Assembly (NCBI GenBank): GCA_037445915.1
Contig: JBBIJQ010000057.1
Coordinates: forward strand, 1-11,905
DNA from: Planctomycetales bacterium
GTDB taxonomy: Bacteria > 4484-113
Length of the DNA stretch: 11,905 nucleotides
Direction of reading: 5' to 3'
Below are positions 1 to 8,042 of the stretch, one piece after another. The position numbers and the translations under genes are program-made. The notes beneath the pieces are model-generated. The model was not told the DNA's origin. It did not search any database and was given only the letters and a program-made list of their open reading frames with translations. The stretch's first letter is position 1; each line of letters starts with the position of its first letter.

Positions 1-669
1 CAAATCCCCCATCGCGACGATGACCTCCTCAAAGCTCTCGCCCAGGCCAACCATCAGCCCGCTTTTCACCGGCATCCCCCGCCCAGGCTGCGTGGAGGCA
101 TATTCGCTTGCCTGCGCGAGAACGCCGATGGATCGCGCGAAGTCGGCATGCGGCCGCACATCCGCATACAGGCGCGGCACAGTCTCCACATTATGGTTAA
201 ATATCTCCGGCTTCGCCGCAAGCACGGTGTCCACCGCCGCTATGTTCCCGAGCAAGTCGGGCACAAGCACTTCCACGGTCGGTTTTGGGTCAAGCGCGTG
301 CAGCGACCTGATGACCTTTGCAAAGTGCTCTGCCCCGCCGTCGGGAAGGTCGTCGCGCGTCACACTGGTAACTACGACATGCTTGAGCTTCAGCGAATGT
401 GCGGCTTGCGCAACGCGCTTTGGCTCTTCGGGGTCGGGCGGCGCGGGAGTTCCGTGCGCCACAGCGCAGAAGCGGCAGCAGCGCGTGCAAAGCCCGCCGA
501 GAATCATGAACGTAGCAGTGCCTCGCCCATAGCATTCGCCAATGTTGGGGCAGTTGGCCTCTTCGCAGACCGTATGCAGCCCCGCAAGCAGCGTGGCCAT
601 TTCCGTGCGCTTTTGCGCGGACAGCGCCTTAACCCGTAGCCAGGACGGTTTCGCCTGTTTACCTGCCAT
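1..669 (-). CDS. lipA: Lipoyl synthase (radical SAM), 3' end outside the window
   Basis: Not in the ORF track; translated by hand from ATG at 669: [16 protein letters not shown]...[40 protein letters not shown]...[10 protein letters not shown]. It has the LipA CX4CX5C auxiliary cluster motif and the CX3CX2C radical SAM motif, and the frame continues to position 1. Confidence 0.96.
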   Translation of the reverse strand, partial: MAGKQAKPSWLRVKALSAQKRTEMATLLAGLHTVCEEANCPNIGECYGRGTATFMILGGLCTRCCRFCAVAHGTPAPPDPEEPKRVAQAAHSLKLKHVVVTSVTRDDLPDGGAEHFAKVIRSLHALDPKPTVEVLVPDLLGNIAAVDTVLAAKPEIFNHNVETVPRLYADVRPHADFARSIGVLAQASEYASTQPGRGMPVKSGLMVGLGESFEEVIVAMGDL

Positions 670-672
670 TGC

Positions 673-1269
673 TTACTCCATTTCGCGGCGGAACTTTAGC
701 GCCTGCGCAAGCGTATCCTCGTCGGCGTAGTCAATCTCTGCGCCAATGGGAAGCCCGCGCGCGGGCCGCGTAACCTTAACTCCCATTCCTGCAATCTCCT
801 CCGCCAGAACCGTCGCCGTCGCCTCGCCTTCAAAGCTGAAATCAAACGCTAGCAACGCCTCTCCTACGCGGGACTTGGCGATGCGCGCCTTCAGCTCGTC
901 AAGGCGTTCGCTGTTCAACATCTTTCCTTTAAGCGGGTCAATCAGCCCGCCAATCACAAAGTAATATCCTGGAAAGCCGCCTGTACGTTCAATTGGGTAA
1001 ATATCCAGCGGATCCGCCACGACGCACAGCATGGAGGCGTCGCGGGACTTGTCTGAGCAGATGCCGCACTCCCCGCCGCCCGAAAACCCGCCGCAGGTAG
1101 GGCATTTCTTCACCTTCGCCCCCACGCCGGAGATGCTCTCGGCAAGCTGCGAGGTGAACTGCGGGTCCTGCTCCAGGAGGTAAAGCGCAATTCTCTGGGC
1201 GCTTCGCGGGCCGATGCCTGGAAGCTGGGAGAGTAGCTGCACAAGCTGGCTTAGGGATTCAGGAAGCAT
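673..1269 (-). CDS. recR: Recombination mediator RecR
   Basis: 198 aa. HhH motif LPGIGPRSAQRIA, C4 zinc finger CPTC-X8-CGIC, Toprim region (YFVIGGLIDPLKG, EGEATA) and C-terminal ARGLPIGAEIDYADEDTL. Lies directly downstream of ybaB as usual. Confidence 0.97.
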   Translation of the reverse strand: MLPESLSQLVQLLSQLPGIGPRSAQRIALYLLEQDPQFTSQLAESISGVGAKVKKCPTCGGFSGGGECGICSDKSRDASMLCVVADPLDIYPIERTGGFPGYYFVIGGLIDPLKGKMLNSERLDELKARIAKSRVGEALLAFDFSFEGEATATVLAEEIAGMGVKVTRPARGLPIGAEIDYADEDTLAQALKFRREME

Positions 1270-1271
1270 TG

Positions 1272-1625
1272 TTACATGCCAAACGGCATCGCGCCGCCAA
1301 GCGCGCCCATGTCCATTCCGCCGGTGACTTCGCCCATCTTACGCTCGTTGAGTTCGCGCGCCAAAGTGAGAGCGGAGTTGAGGGCTGCGTAAACGAGGTC
1401 TTCCAGGTTCTCCACGCTTTCCTGCGCATCAGCAAGCGCCTCGGGCTTAATGCTGACGCGCACCAGCTCGCGGTGGCCGTTTAGCTCAATCTCCACCATT
1501 CCGCCTCCCGCCGAGCCTATGACGGTTTCGGTGGCGAGTTCATCCTGCGCGCGCTCCATGCGCTGTTGCATTTCGTTCTGGACCTTCTGCAGGTCTTTCA
1601 TCAGCTTTTTCATGTCCATTGCCAT
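1272..1625 (-). CDS. ybaB: YbaB/EbfC family nucleoid-associated protein
   Basis: 117 aa. N-terminal helix MKKLMKDLQKVQNEMQ, GSAGGGMVEIELNG, ENLEDLVYAALNSAL and a Gly/Met-rich tail. Conserved adjacency to recR with a 2-nt gap. Confidence 0.95.
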   Translation of the reverse strand: MAMDMKKLMKDLQKVQNEMQQRMERAQDELATETVIGSAGGGMVEIELNGHRELVRVSIKPEALADAQESVENLEDLVYAALNSALTLARELNERKMGEVTGGMDMGALGGAMPFGM

Positions 1626-1631
1626 TCGCCG

Positions 1632-1640
1632 ATTCTAGCA
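1632..1640 (-). promoter_or_regulatory. Extended -10 element (TGcTAGAAT) for a probably leaderless ybaB-recR-lipA transcript
   Basis: Minus strand reads TGC TAGAAT cggcga ATG, putting the -10 hexamer 6 nt before the start codon. No Shine-Dalgarno sequence. Confidence 0.65.
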
Positions 1641-1667
1641 TACGCGGCGCAGGGGACGGGCGAGCGC

Positions 1668-1673
1668 TACAAT
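1668..1673 (+). promoter_or_regulatory. -10 element (TACAAT) for a probably leaderless GGCT transcript
   Basis: TACAAT actcca ATG, 6 nt before ATG at 1680. No Shine-Dalgarno sequence. Confidence 0.6.
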
Positions 1674-1679
1674 ACTCCA

Positions 1680-2126
1680 ATGCCTTTCTACTTCGCATAC
1701 GGGTCAAACCTGAGCTTCGCGCAGATGGCGCGGCGCTGCCCCGGGGCAACGCCGCTTGGCAAAGCGCTGCTTACCGGCTGGCGCTACCTCATTTATGAAC
1801 GCGGCTATGCGAACATCGTGCCGGACGCGGCAGGCGAAGTATGGGGCGGCGTGTGGGAAGTGACGGAAGCCCATTTGCGCGAGCTGGATTACTTTGAAGG
1901 CGTGGCGCAGGGTCTGTATCATCGCGAGATTTGTGAAGTGGTGATGGACGGCAGCGGCGGCGAAGGCGCATCGCGCCTGACATGCGTTGTTTATGTTGAC
2001 GCTAACCCCAATGGCTCTGTCCCCGGCGTCCCGAAGCCTGAATACCAGTCCTGCATCCTCGCAGGCGCGCACGACTTCGCGCTGCCGCAAGCATACATCG
2101 CTTCCCTTGAGAAGCTAGCGAAGTAA
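1680..2126 (+). CDS. Gamma-glutamylcyclotransferase (GGCT/AIG2-like) family protein
   Basis: 148 aa from ATG 1680. Signature YFAYGSNL, ANIVP...VWGGVWEV, LDYFEG (catalytic Glu) and Y...ILAGAHDFALPQAYI. The ORF-track start at 1566 overlaps ybaB and is not used. Confidence 0.9.
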   Translation: MPFYFAYGSNLSFAQMARRCPGATPLGKALLTGWRYLIYERGYANIVPDAAGEVWGGVWEVTEAHLRELDYFEGVAQGLYHREICEVVMDGSGGEGASRLTCVVYVDANPNGSVPGVPKPEYQSCILAGAHDFALPQAYIASLEKLAK

Positions 2127-2130
2127 TCGG

Positions 2131-3534
2131 TTACTTCACCAGCGCGATGTCGGTGCGGAAGTGGGCGCCTGTGAAGTGGATGTTGCCCGCAGCTTCATAG
2201 GCAAGCCGCCTTGCCTCGGACAAGTCGCGCCCGCGCGCCGTCACCGAGAGCACTCGCCCGCCGGTCGCAATGAACACGTCGCGCTCACCGCCGGGATGCA
2301 GCGCGCGTGCAACCGCGCCAGCGACACCTTTACCCGGCTGCGATTCAGGCGCGAAGATGCGCGACTTGCTCACGCCCGCGTAGCACACGCTCACCCTCGG
2401 AAGCCTGCGGTAAATCGTGCCGTTGGGGTATGGCTCCTCGGCATCGTTTATCTGCACGATGCGCTCAAGCCCTTCAATCTCCGCGGGCGGCGAGCTGCCG
2501 TAAGGGTAATTAGCGCTGGCCAAAACTATGGTCACCGCCGCCTCGTTGCTGAAGTTGCATTTCGCGCGGTCAAGCTTGCCGCTTTCAACAGCGACGAGGA
2601 TGTCCACCAGGTCGTCCTGCAGCAGCGGCAACAATGCCTGTGTCTCCGGGTCGCCGAAGCGCACGTTGAACTCAAGCAGCATCATCCCGTGCGGCGTCGC
2701 CATCGTGCCGAAGTAAACGATGCCCCGGTAGTCAAGCTGCTCCTTGTTGCAGCCGTCCATGAACGGCGCGAGTATCTTCTTCTTGAACTCGTCAACCAGC
2801 GCAGGCGTGGCGTATGGCGAAGGGCACATGCAGCCCATCCCGCCGGTGTTAGGCCCCTTATCGCCGTCTTTCAGGCGCTTGTAATCGGAAGCAGGCGGCA
2901 TCATCACCGCCGTCTTGCCGTCAAAGAAGCAGAAGAACGATATCTCGGGGCCGGTAATGTGTTGCTCAACGAGGATTTTCTTTCCCGCGCCCTTGAACAC
3001 GTCCTCAACCATCATCTGCTCAAGCGTCTCGCGCGCAAATTCCAGCGTCTCGCAGATGACCACGCCCTTTCCTGCAGCCAGCCCGTCGGCCTTAATGACG
3101 GTGGGATACTTCACCTGCTCAAGGAAGCGGCTCGCCTCGCCGAAATCGGTGAAAGCCTCCGATGCTGCGGTGGGAATGCCGTAACGGCGCATGAAGTCCT
3201 TGGCGTAGCTTTTCTCCGCCTCAAGGCGCGCTGCCTCGCGGTCAGGGCCGACTATGCGCAAGCCCTGTTCCCGGAAAGCGTTTACGATTCCAGCAGCGAG
3301 CGGCGCTTCCGGGCCGACGAAAGTCAGGTTGATGCCTTCCTCCATCGCGAAGGCGAGTAAGCTTTCAATGTCATTCGCAGGGATGTCTTGCAGGCGCACG
3401 CGGCCGCGCCCGAAGGGATCATATATGCCGAAATTAGCGGGCGTTATGTATAAGCGGGTGACTTTGGGCGAAAGCAGCAGCGCCGAAGCGACGCTGCACT
3501 CCCTGCCACCATTGCCGACGACGAGTATTTTCAA
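2131..3534 (-). CDS. purD: Phosphoribosylamine--glycine ligase (GAR synthetase), divergent with C-domain insertions
   Basis: 467 aa. TTG start preceded by GGAGG. Motifs GNGGRE, VGPEAPL, IKADGLAAGKGV, DYKR..DGDKGPNTGGMG, EFNVRFGDPETQ, GGRVL and FRTDIA. Confidence 0.93.
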   Translation of the reverse strand: MKILVVGNGGRECSVASALLLSPKVTRLYITPANFGIYDPFGRGRVRLQDIPANDIESLLAFAMEEGINLTFVGPEAPLAAGIVNAFREQGLRIVGPDREAARLEAEKSYAKDFMRRYGIPTAASEAFTDFGEASRFLEQVKYPTVIKADGLAAGKGVVICETLEFARETLEQMMVEDVFKGAGKKILVEQHITGPEISFFCFFDGKTAVMMPPASDYKRLKDGDKGPNTGGMGCMCPSPYATPALVDEFKKKILAPFMDGCNKEQLDYRGIVYFGTMATPHGMMLLEFNVRFGDPETQALLPLLQDDLVDILVAVESGKLDRAKCNFSNEAAVTIVLASANYPYGSSPPAEIEGLERIVQINDAEEPYPNGTIYRRLPRVSVCYAGVSKSRIFAPESQPGKGVAGAVARALHPGGERDVFIATGGRVLSVTARGRDLSEARRLAYEAAGNIHFTGAHFRTDIALVK

Positions 3535-3551
3535 GAAGGGTCCTCCATAAA

Positions 3552-4994
3552 TTAGAAGCCGGCAACCCCGGCGTCTTCACGAGTATGGTCTTCAAACCTT
3601 GTGAATGGGTGGAGATATGTAAGGTATTCCATTTTGGTGGGGCCGTTGCGGTGCTTGGCGATGTTGACCTCAACCTTCGTCGCATAAGAGCCGCCGACAA
3701 CTTCGCCCTTTTGTTTTTCGTAATAATCCTCGCGGTAGAGCAGCATCACGACGTCAGCGTCCTGCTCAATGCTCCCGCTTTCGCGAAGGTCGGAGAGCAT
3801 CGGGCGGCGAGATTGGCGCTGTTCCGTCTGGCGTGAAAGCTGCGAGCAGGCGATTAATGGTATTTTTAGCTCGCGCGCAATCTGCTTCATTCCACGCGAG
3901 ATATCCGACACTTCCTGCACGCGGTTTAATTCCCCGCTATGCCGCATCCCGTCCATAAGCTGCAGGTAATCAAGCATCATGACATCAAGCTTGTCTTGCT
4001 GCTTAAGCCTGCGGGCGCGGTTGCGCAGTGAGCGGATGTTGAGCACTGACGTATCATCAAAGTAAATGGGGAGCGCAGCCAGCTCAGTGTATGCGGCGTG
4101 AAGCCTGCCAAGCTCATCCTCGCTGAAGTTTCCGTGGTCAACGCGCTCGGTGGGGATGCTGGAGGCCATGGAGAGCATTCGCATCGCGAGCTGTTCCTTC
4201 CCCATTTCCATAGAGAAGAAACCAACTTTTTTCCCCGCCAAGGCCATGCGGTGGGTAAAGTTAAGGAGCAGAGCGGTCTTGCCAACGCCGGGGCGGGCCG
4301 CAATGATTACGAGGTCCCCCGGCTTGAAACCACCCAGCGTCTTGTCAAGGTCAGTATACCCGGTTGTTATGCCGCGAGCTTTTACCAGCCTTTGCTCGAC
4401 GGTTCCGTCGGGTAGCACAACTTCCTCGTGCGAGAACGAGCCCATAAACGAGCGGATAGCATCGTCAATGCCTGAGAACTTGCCGGAAGAGATGCGCATG
4501 TCAAGCTGGAGTATCTGCCTTTCGGCGTGGTCAAGCAGCTCCTGCACATCGCGGCCCTGCTCGTAGGCGCGGCGGATAATTTCGTTGCACTCGGTGATGA
4601 GGTTGCGCAAAAGCGCCTTCTCGTGAAGTATTGTAGTGTGGGCTTCCACCGCCGAGGCGTTGGGGACGGAGGCGAGGATTTGGTAAATGTAGCTTTCGCC
4701 GCCGGCGGCGTCAAGGCGCTCCATCTCGCGCAAGTGGGCGATTAGCGCGATGGGGTCAGGCGGCACCCCACGGTTGTGGAGGTTCGCGGCGGCTTCCCAA
4801 ATTACTTGATGGGCTTCGTAGTAAAAGCTGTCGCGGCTCAGGGTTTCCAGCGTAATGCGGATAGCGTCAACAGGCTCTTGGAGTATTGCCGACAAGACGG
4901 CTTCCTCCAACTCCCGGGAATGGGGAGGTATCCTCCGCAGAAATTCAATGCTCTCAGGTTGTGCGCCCAAAGTATGCCCGTAAAACCAGTTCAA
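3552..4994 (-). CDS. dnaB: Replicative DNA helicase
   Basis: N-terminal PPHSRELEEAVL, Walker A AARPGVGKT, FSMEM, DYLQLM, SQLSR, SDLRESGSIEQDAD and KHRNGPT. No intein-sized insert. Start uncertain (TTG at 4994 or TTG at 4970). Confidence 0.96.
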   Translation of the reverse strand: MNWFYGHTLGAQPESIEFLRRIPPHSRELEEAVLSAILQEPVDAIRITLETLSRDSFYYEAHQVIWEAAANLHNRGVPPDPIALIAHLREMERLDAAGGESYIYQILASVPNASAVEAHTTILHEKALLRNLITECNEIIRRAYEQGRDVQELLDHAERQILQLDMRISSGKFSGIDDAIRSFMGSFSHEEVVLPDGTVEQRLVKARGITTGYTDLDKTLGGFKPGDLVIIAARPGVGKTALLLNFTHRMALAGKKVGFFSMEMGKEQLAMRMLSMASSIPTERVDHGNFSEDELGRLHAAYTELAALPIYFDDTSVLNIRSLRNRARRLKQQDKLDVMMLDYLQLMDGMRHSGELNRVQEVSDISRGMKQIARELKIPLIACSQLSRQTEQRQSRRPMLSDLRESGSIEQDADVVMLLYREDYYEKQKGEVVGGSYATKVEVNIAKHRNGPTKMEYLTYLHPFTRFEDHTREDAGVAGF

Positions 4995-5000
4995 TCTTGC

Positions 5001-5100
5001 CAGGGGGAAGTAACAGCAGTCCCGCTAAAGACAGTATATCGCGGATAGCCCAGAGGCTGTTAAATCTGAAGTAAGGGAACCAAAGGCTCCTTCCCCGTGC
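5001..5100 (-). ncRNA. Candidate structured 5' leader or small RNA upstream of dnaB (three-way junction)
   Basis: Complementary segments: 5090-5096 with 5004-5010 (GGGGAAG/CUUCCCC), 5056-5062 with 5011-5017 (UAACAGC/GCUGUUA), hairpin 5077-5089 (GAGCC-UUU-GGUUC) and inner stem 5041-5044 with 5022-5025. It begins at the predicted start site of the 5108-5136 promoter. No family recognised. Confidence 0.4.
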
Positions 5101-5107
5101 GACTCGC

Positions 5108-5136
5108 ATAGTAGCGAAGGCGTCGGAAACGCGCAA
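5108..5136 (-). promoter_or_regulatory. Sigma70-type promoter upstream of dnaB-purD
   Basis: Minus strand TTGCGC (5136-5131), 17-nt spacer, TACTAT (5113-5108). Confidence 0.6.
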
Positions 5137-5244
5137 GGGGTTTTGCGGATAAATCGCCTGCACAAGCTGTTCTACTTCTGCGGCCGTTTTTGCGCACGAT
5201 ATCAACGAAGCCAGTAATCATGCGGCTTTAACCGAAGTTTCCCG

Positions 5245-5421
5245 CTATATTGTGCTGCCCCAAAAGTAACCGATGGCGGCGAGGTCAGCCTCGTCAATCC
5301 GCCCGCTCAGATTCGCGTCCGCCCAGGGCAGGAAGCCTGCATCGGCGCTGCGAAGTCCCAGCAGCGGAACAAGCGCGTCGCGGTCAAGGCTGTTCACAAG
5401 GCGGTCGCCGTTCACGTCGCC
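5245..5421 (-). other. Dockerin-like domain of the S8 protease
   Basis: Two 12-residue calcium-loop repeats, DVNGDRLVNSLD and DANLSGRIDEAD, each followed by a hydrophobic helix, at the extreme C-terminus. Confidence 0.8.
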
Positions 5422-7986
5422 GCGCAGGTTGAATATGAAGATGGGTATCTGCACTACCGGGCTGCCGACACCATTGGCGTCAAACGCCTGTAGCTCCAGC
5501 ATCGCCGCCTGGTTGCCCAGCGTTGAAACGTCAAGGTTAAGCTCATATGGCGCGGCTATTTCGCCCGAAATGGGCGCGCCTCCCGTTGTCAGCTCGTAAC
5601 GAACCTTAACCGGGCTGTTGCTCGCAGCGACGGTTCCGGTGATTTGCCCCTTGGAATACACTGTGCCGTAATTAGCCGGCGTTGCGATGCCCGTGCTGGT
5701 GATGAACGGCACCGATTCCGCCCAGTTGCTCGCGACTACTACCTGGTCAATCCACCACCCAGCGGGCATGCTCGTGCTCTGGCCGCAGCCGCTGCCATCG
5801 GTTTGCAGCATGAAGCCCACGCTCACGGTCTGGCCTGCGTATGCCGCAAGCCGCACATGCGTGCTTACCCAGTCGGATTCAAAACCAGTCAAGCGCGCCG
5901 GATCGCCGCTGCGCAAATTAAGAAGCGTCCAATCGGATTGGAAGTTGTCGGTGCTGACCCAAACCGAGGCGATGTCTTTGCCGTTTTCAAGGTTGTAATG
6001 CGTCCTGAACGTCAGCGTCGGCGCGGGCGCGGGCGAGGCGGGGAGCTTCAGCCTCGGTAGCACCGCGAACGACTTCAGGCTGTTCGGGTAGTTGGGAGCC
6101 GTCGTGTTATAGACCCCGAATGAGTTGCCGCTATTGAAGCCGCCGGATAGCTTCTTGAAGCCGCCCGTGATGTCGCTTGCCCAGAAGGGGAGCGTCTCAT
6201 TAGCCCCCTCAAAATGGTAGACGACCGGATACGCGCCCGGCGTGTTGTCCACAATGTATGAAAGCAGGGTTTCGCTGCCAAGCTCCGGCAGCGTCCCTTC
6301 AGCGACCGCGCGCACAGATATGTTGCCAAAGCTTATGCCGCTTGTGTTGCAGCTAAAGCCCCAAGGCGCCCCATTCACTTTCGTTTGGAACACCCCGTCA
6401 AGATAGTAATCAATGGATAACGCGTTCTCAACTATATCCGGAATTATGTCCGCGCCCCCCGTCAGTATCATCGGCGATGGCTCAGGGAAGCGGACCTGCG
6501 GCCGCATTATTGGCGTCAGCGCAGCGAAGACATCCAGCCTGCGGATGGAAGTATTGCTCCATTGGGCAGACGGCAGAAGAGGGCCGTTTTGTATCAGCAA
6601 ATCGCGCACCTGGGTGTTTGTAAGTGTAGGCGCGTATGACTTGAGCAGCGCCGCAGCGCCCGCGACATGCGGACAGGCCATACTTGTTCCCTGCATGAGA
6701 ATATACTGGTTCGTGGTCTGATGCCCGCAAGATGCGATCATCCCATCGTCTGGAGGGTACTCGCCGCCCGGGGCTGCGATACTCACCCATGAGCCATAGT
6801 TGCTGTAGTCTGCGCGGCTATCTGTCGTCGTAGTGGCGCCGACGCTCAGAACGTTGCTGTAGGCGGCTGGGTATTGATATGTTGATACGTCGTCGTTACC
6901 AGCGGCCGCTACTAGAAAGCTCCCCTTGCCGTAGGCGTACGTGCAGGCATTTCGCAGGGATGAATCGTCAAACTCGCTGCCTAAACTCATATTCACCACT
7001 TGCGCGGACGCCTTGTCAACAGCCAGCACTAGCGCCGCAGCCACCATCGCAGCCGGGCATCCCGAGGCTGTCGGGCCGAATACCCGGATGGGGACTATTT
7101 TGCACTGGTAAGCCACGCCAACTACGCCCCTGCTGTTGTCCCCTACTGCTGCGATGGTTCCGGAAACGTGGGTACCATGTCCGTGTTCGTCGTCGGGCGC
7201 TTTCCAGTTTCCTCCTCCGTAATACCTGTCCCACAGGTCAAAGTACTCGGTAGGATACGCTGTGATGGGGTTGATGCAATTAGCAGCCAGGTCTTCATGG
7301 TTAGGGGAACCGCCGTCGTTGTCCGCTGAGTATTTAACTCCGCTGTCAATGACGGCTACTTTGACATTTGGATCGCCTCTCTCATGGTCCCACGCCGTTT
7401 CGCAGTTTATCTTTTCAATGTTCCACTGCCAAAGGTCGTTAGGGCGGTAGAGGGGGCGCACCCTCGCGGAGTACTCTACGTATTCCACCTGCTTTGCGTA
7501 GTCGGCCAGTATCCGCTCCATCACCGGGCGGGCATCGCTTCCGTCAAGCGTGCTGAACGTGGCAAAGTTCATCCCTTCAACGTAAACCTCTACTGTCAGG
7601 CGAATGCCGTAACGGCTGCGTATCTCCCGCGCCAGCGCGCCGAACTGGGGGTTGTTAACAAGCACCGACTGCGCGTCATAGCCCGAAAGGTCTTGCGGCG
7701 CGGCTGTGAACGCCTGCTTTGCGCCCGGCCTGAACCAAACGTTGAACCAATCGGCGTAGTAGTGCGTGCCTGCAACATAGCCGTCAGTGTTGAAGTTGTT
7801 GTCCGGCGAAGGCCGTGGGAGTTCGCCGCCGGACGCCGTGTTGCGGGAAGCGCCCCCGAGGGCTCCTGTTATGTCCTGCAGCTGCTTTGGCTTGCCGCAC
7901 GCCCCCGCGAGTAGCAGCGCTGCAAAAAGCATCATTGATGCCACACGCAATGCCCAAGCGCACCGAGTAATGTAACTTATGTTCAT
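5245..7986 (-). CDS. S8 subtilisin-like serine protease, putative lipoprotein, with C-terminal Ig-like/MAM-like/Ig-like/dockerin module
   Basis: 913 aa. Signal peptide ending LLLAGA-C30. Catalytic triad motifs VAVIDSG, DEHGHGTHVSG and QGTSMACPHVAG, plus oxyanion AAAGN. C-terminal GDVNGDRLVNSLD...DANLSGRIDEAD calcium loops. Confidence 0.93.
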   Translation of the reverse strand: MNISYITRCAWALRVASMMLFAALLLAGACGKPKQLQDITGALGGASRNTASGGELPRPSPDNNFNTDGYVAGTHYYADWFNVWFRPGAKQAFTAAPQDLSGYDAQSVLVNNPQFGALAREIRSRYGIRLTVEVYVEGMNFATFSTLDGSDARPVMERILADYAKQVEYVEYSARVRPLYRPNDLWQWNIEKINCETAWDHERGDPNVKVAVIDSGVKYSADNDGGSPNHEDLAANCINPITAYPTEYFDLWDRYYGGGNWKAPDDEHGHGTHVSGTIAAVGDNSRGVVGVAYQCKIVPIRVFGPTASGCPAAMVAAALVLAVDKASAQVVNMSLGSEFDDSSLRNACTYAYGKGSFLVAAAGNDDVSTYQYPAAYSNVLSVGATTTTDSRADYSNYGSWVSIAAPGGEYPPDDGMIASCGHQTTNQYILMQGTSMACPHVAGAAALLKSYAPTLTNTQVRDLLIQNGPLLPSAQWSNTSIRRLDVFAALTPIMRPQVRFPEPSPMILTGGADIIPDIVENALSIDYYLDGVFQTKVNGAPWGFSCNTSGISFGNISVRAVAEGTLPELGSETLLSYIVDNTPGAYPVVYHFEGANETLPFWASDITGGFKKLSGGFNSGNSFGVYNTTAPNYPNSLKSFAVLPRLKLPASPAPAPTLTFRTHYNLENGKDIASVWVSTDNFQSDWTLLNLRSGDPARLTGFESDWVSTHVRLAAYAGQTVSVGFMLQTDGSGCGQSTSMPAGWWIDQVVVASNWAESVPFITSTGIATPANYGTVYSKGQITGTVAASNSPVKVRYELTTGGAPISGEIAAPYELNLDVSTLGNQAAMLELQAFDANGVGSPVVQIPIFIFNLRGDVNGDRLVNSLDRDALVPLLGLRSADAGFLPWADANLSGRIDEADLAAIGYFWGSTI
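5323..6490. repeat. 1168-bp direct repeat, copy 1 (inside the S8 gene)
   Basis: Matches 8121-9288 at offset 2798. No mismatch found by eye, and the alternative-frame ORFs in the track are identical in both copies. First mismatches are at 5322/8120 and 6491/9289. Confidence 0.97.
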
Positions 7987-7996
7987 CTAACTTAAT

Positions 7997-8002
7997 AGTA
8001 TA
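7997..8002 (-). promoter_or_regulatory. Possible -10 element (TATACT) for the S8 gene
   Basis: Minus strand GGGG TATACT attaagttag ATG, 10 nt before the start codon, with no Shine-Dalgarno sequence. The upstream TTGACC is 20 nt away, too far for a canonical -35. Confidence 0.4.
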
Positions 8003-8042
8003 CCCCAATCTCTCTGCGTTGCGGTCAAGCTAGGCTGCGCTT

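Noticed and set aside
20-730. ORFs 20-532, 148-639, 542-730 (+) and 290-535 (-)
   Set aside because: Shadow or off-frame ORFs over lipA, which the track missed because it has no stop codon in the window.
1566-1679. N-terminal extension of the GGCT ORF
   Set aside because: It overlaps ybaB on the opposite strand, and the family motif begins right after ATG 1680.
2161-3360. 399-aa plus-strand ORF
   Set aside because: Antisense shadow of purD in GC-rich sequence, with no recognisable motifs.
3552-4994. Intein in dnaB
   Set aside because: The length is normal and the helicase motifs are uninterrupted.
4954-5205. 83-aa minus-strand ORF in the S8-dnaB gap
   Set aside because: No motif or RBS. 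It overlaps the dnaB start and the predicted promoter and structured leader.
5222-5244. Small hairpins after the S8 stop (AAC-UUCG-GUU or CGGU-UAAA-GCCG) as an intrinsic terminator
   Set aside because: Stems are only 3-4 bp and there is no U tract.
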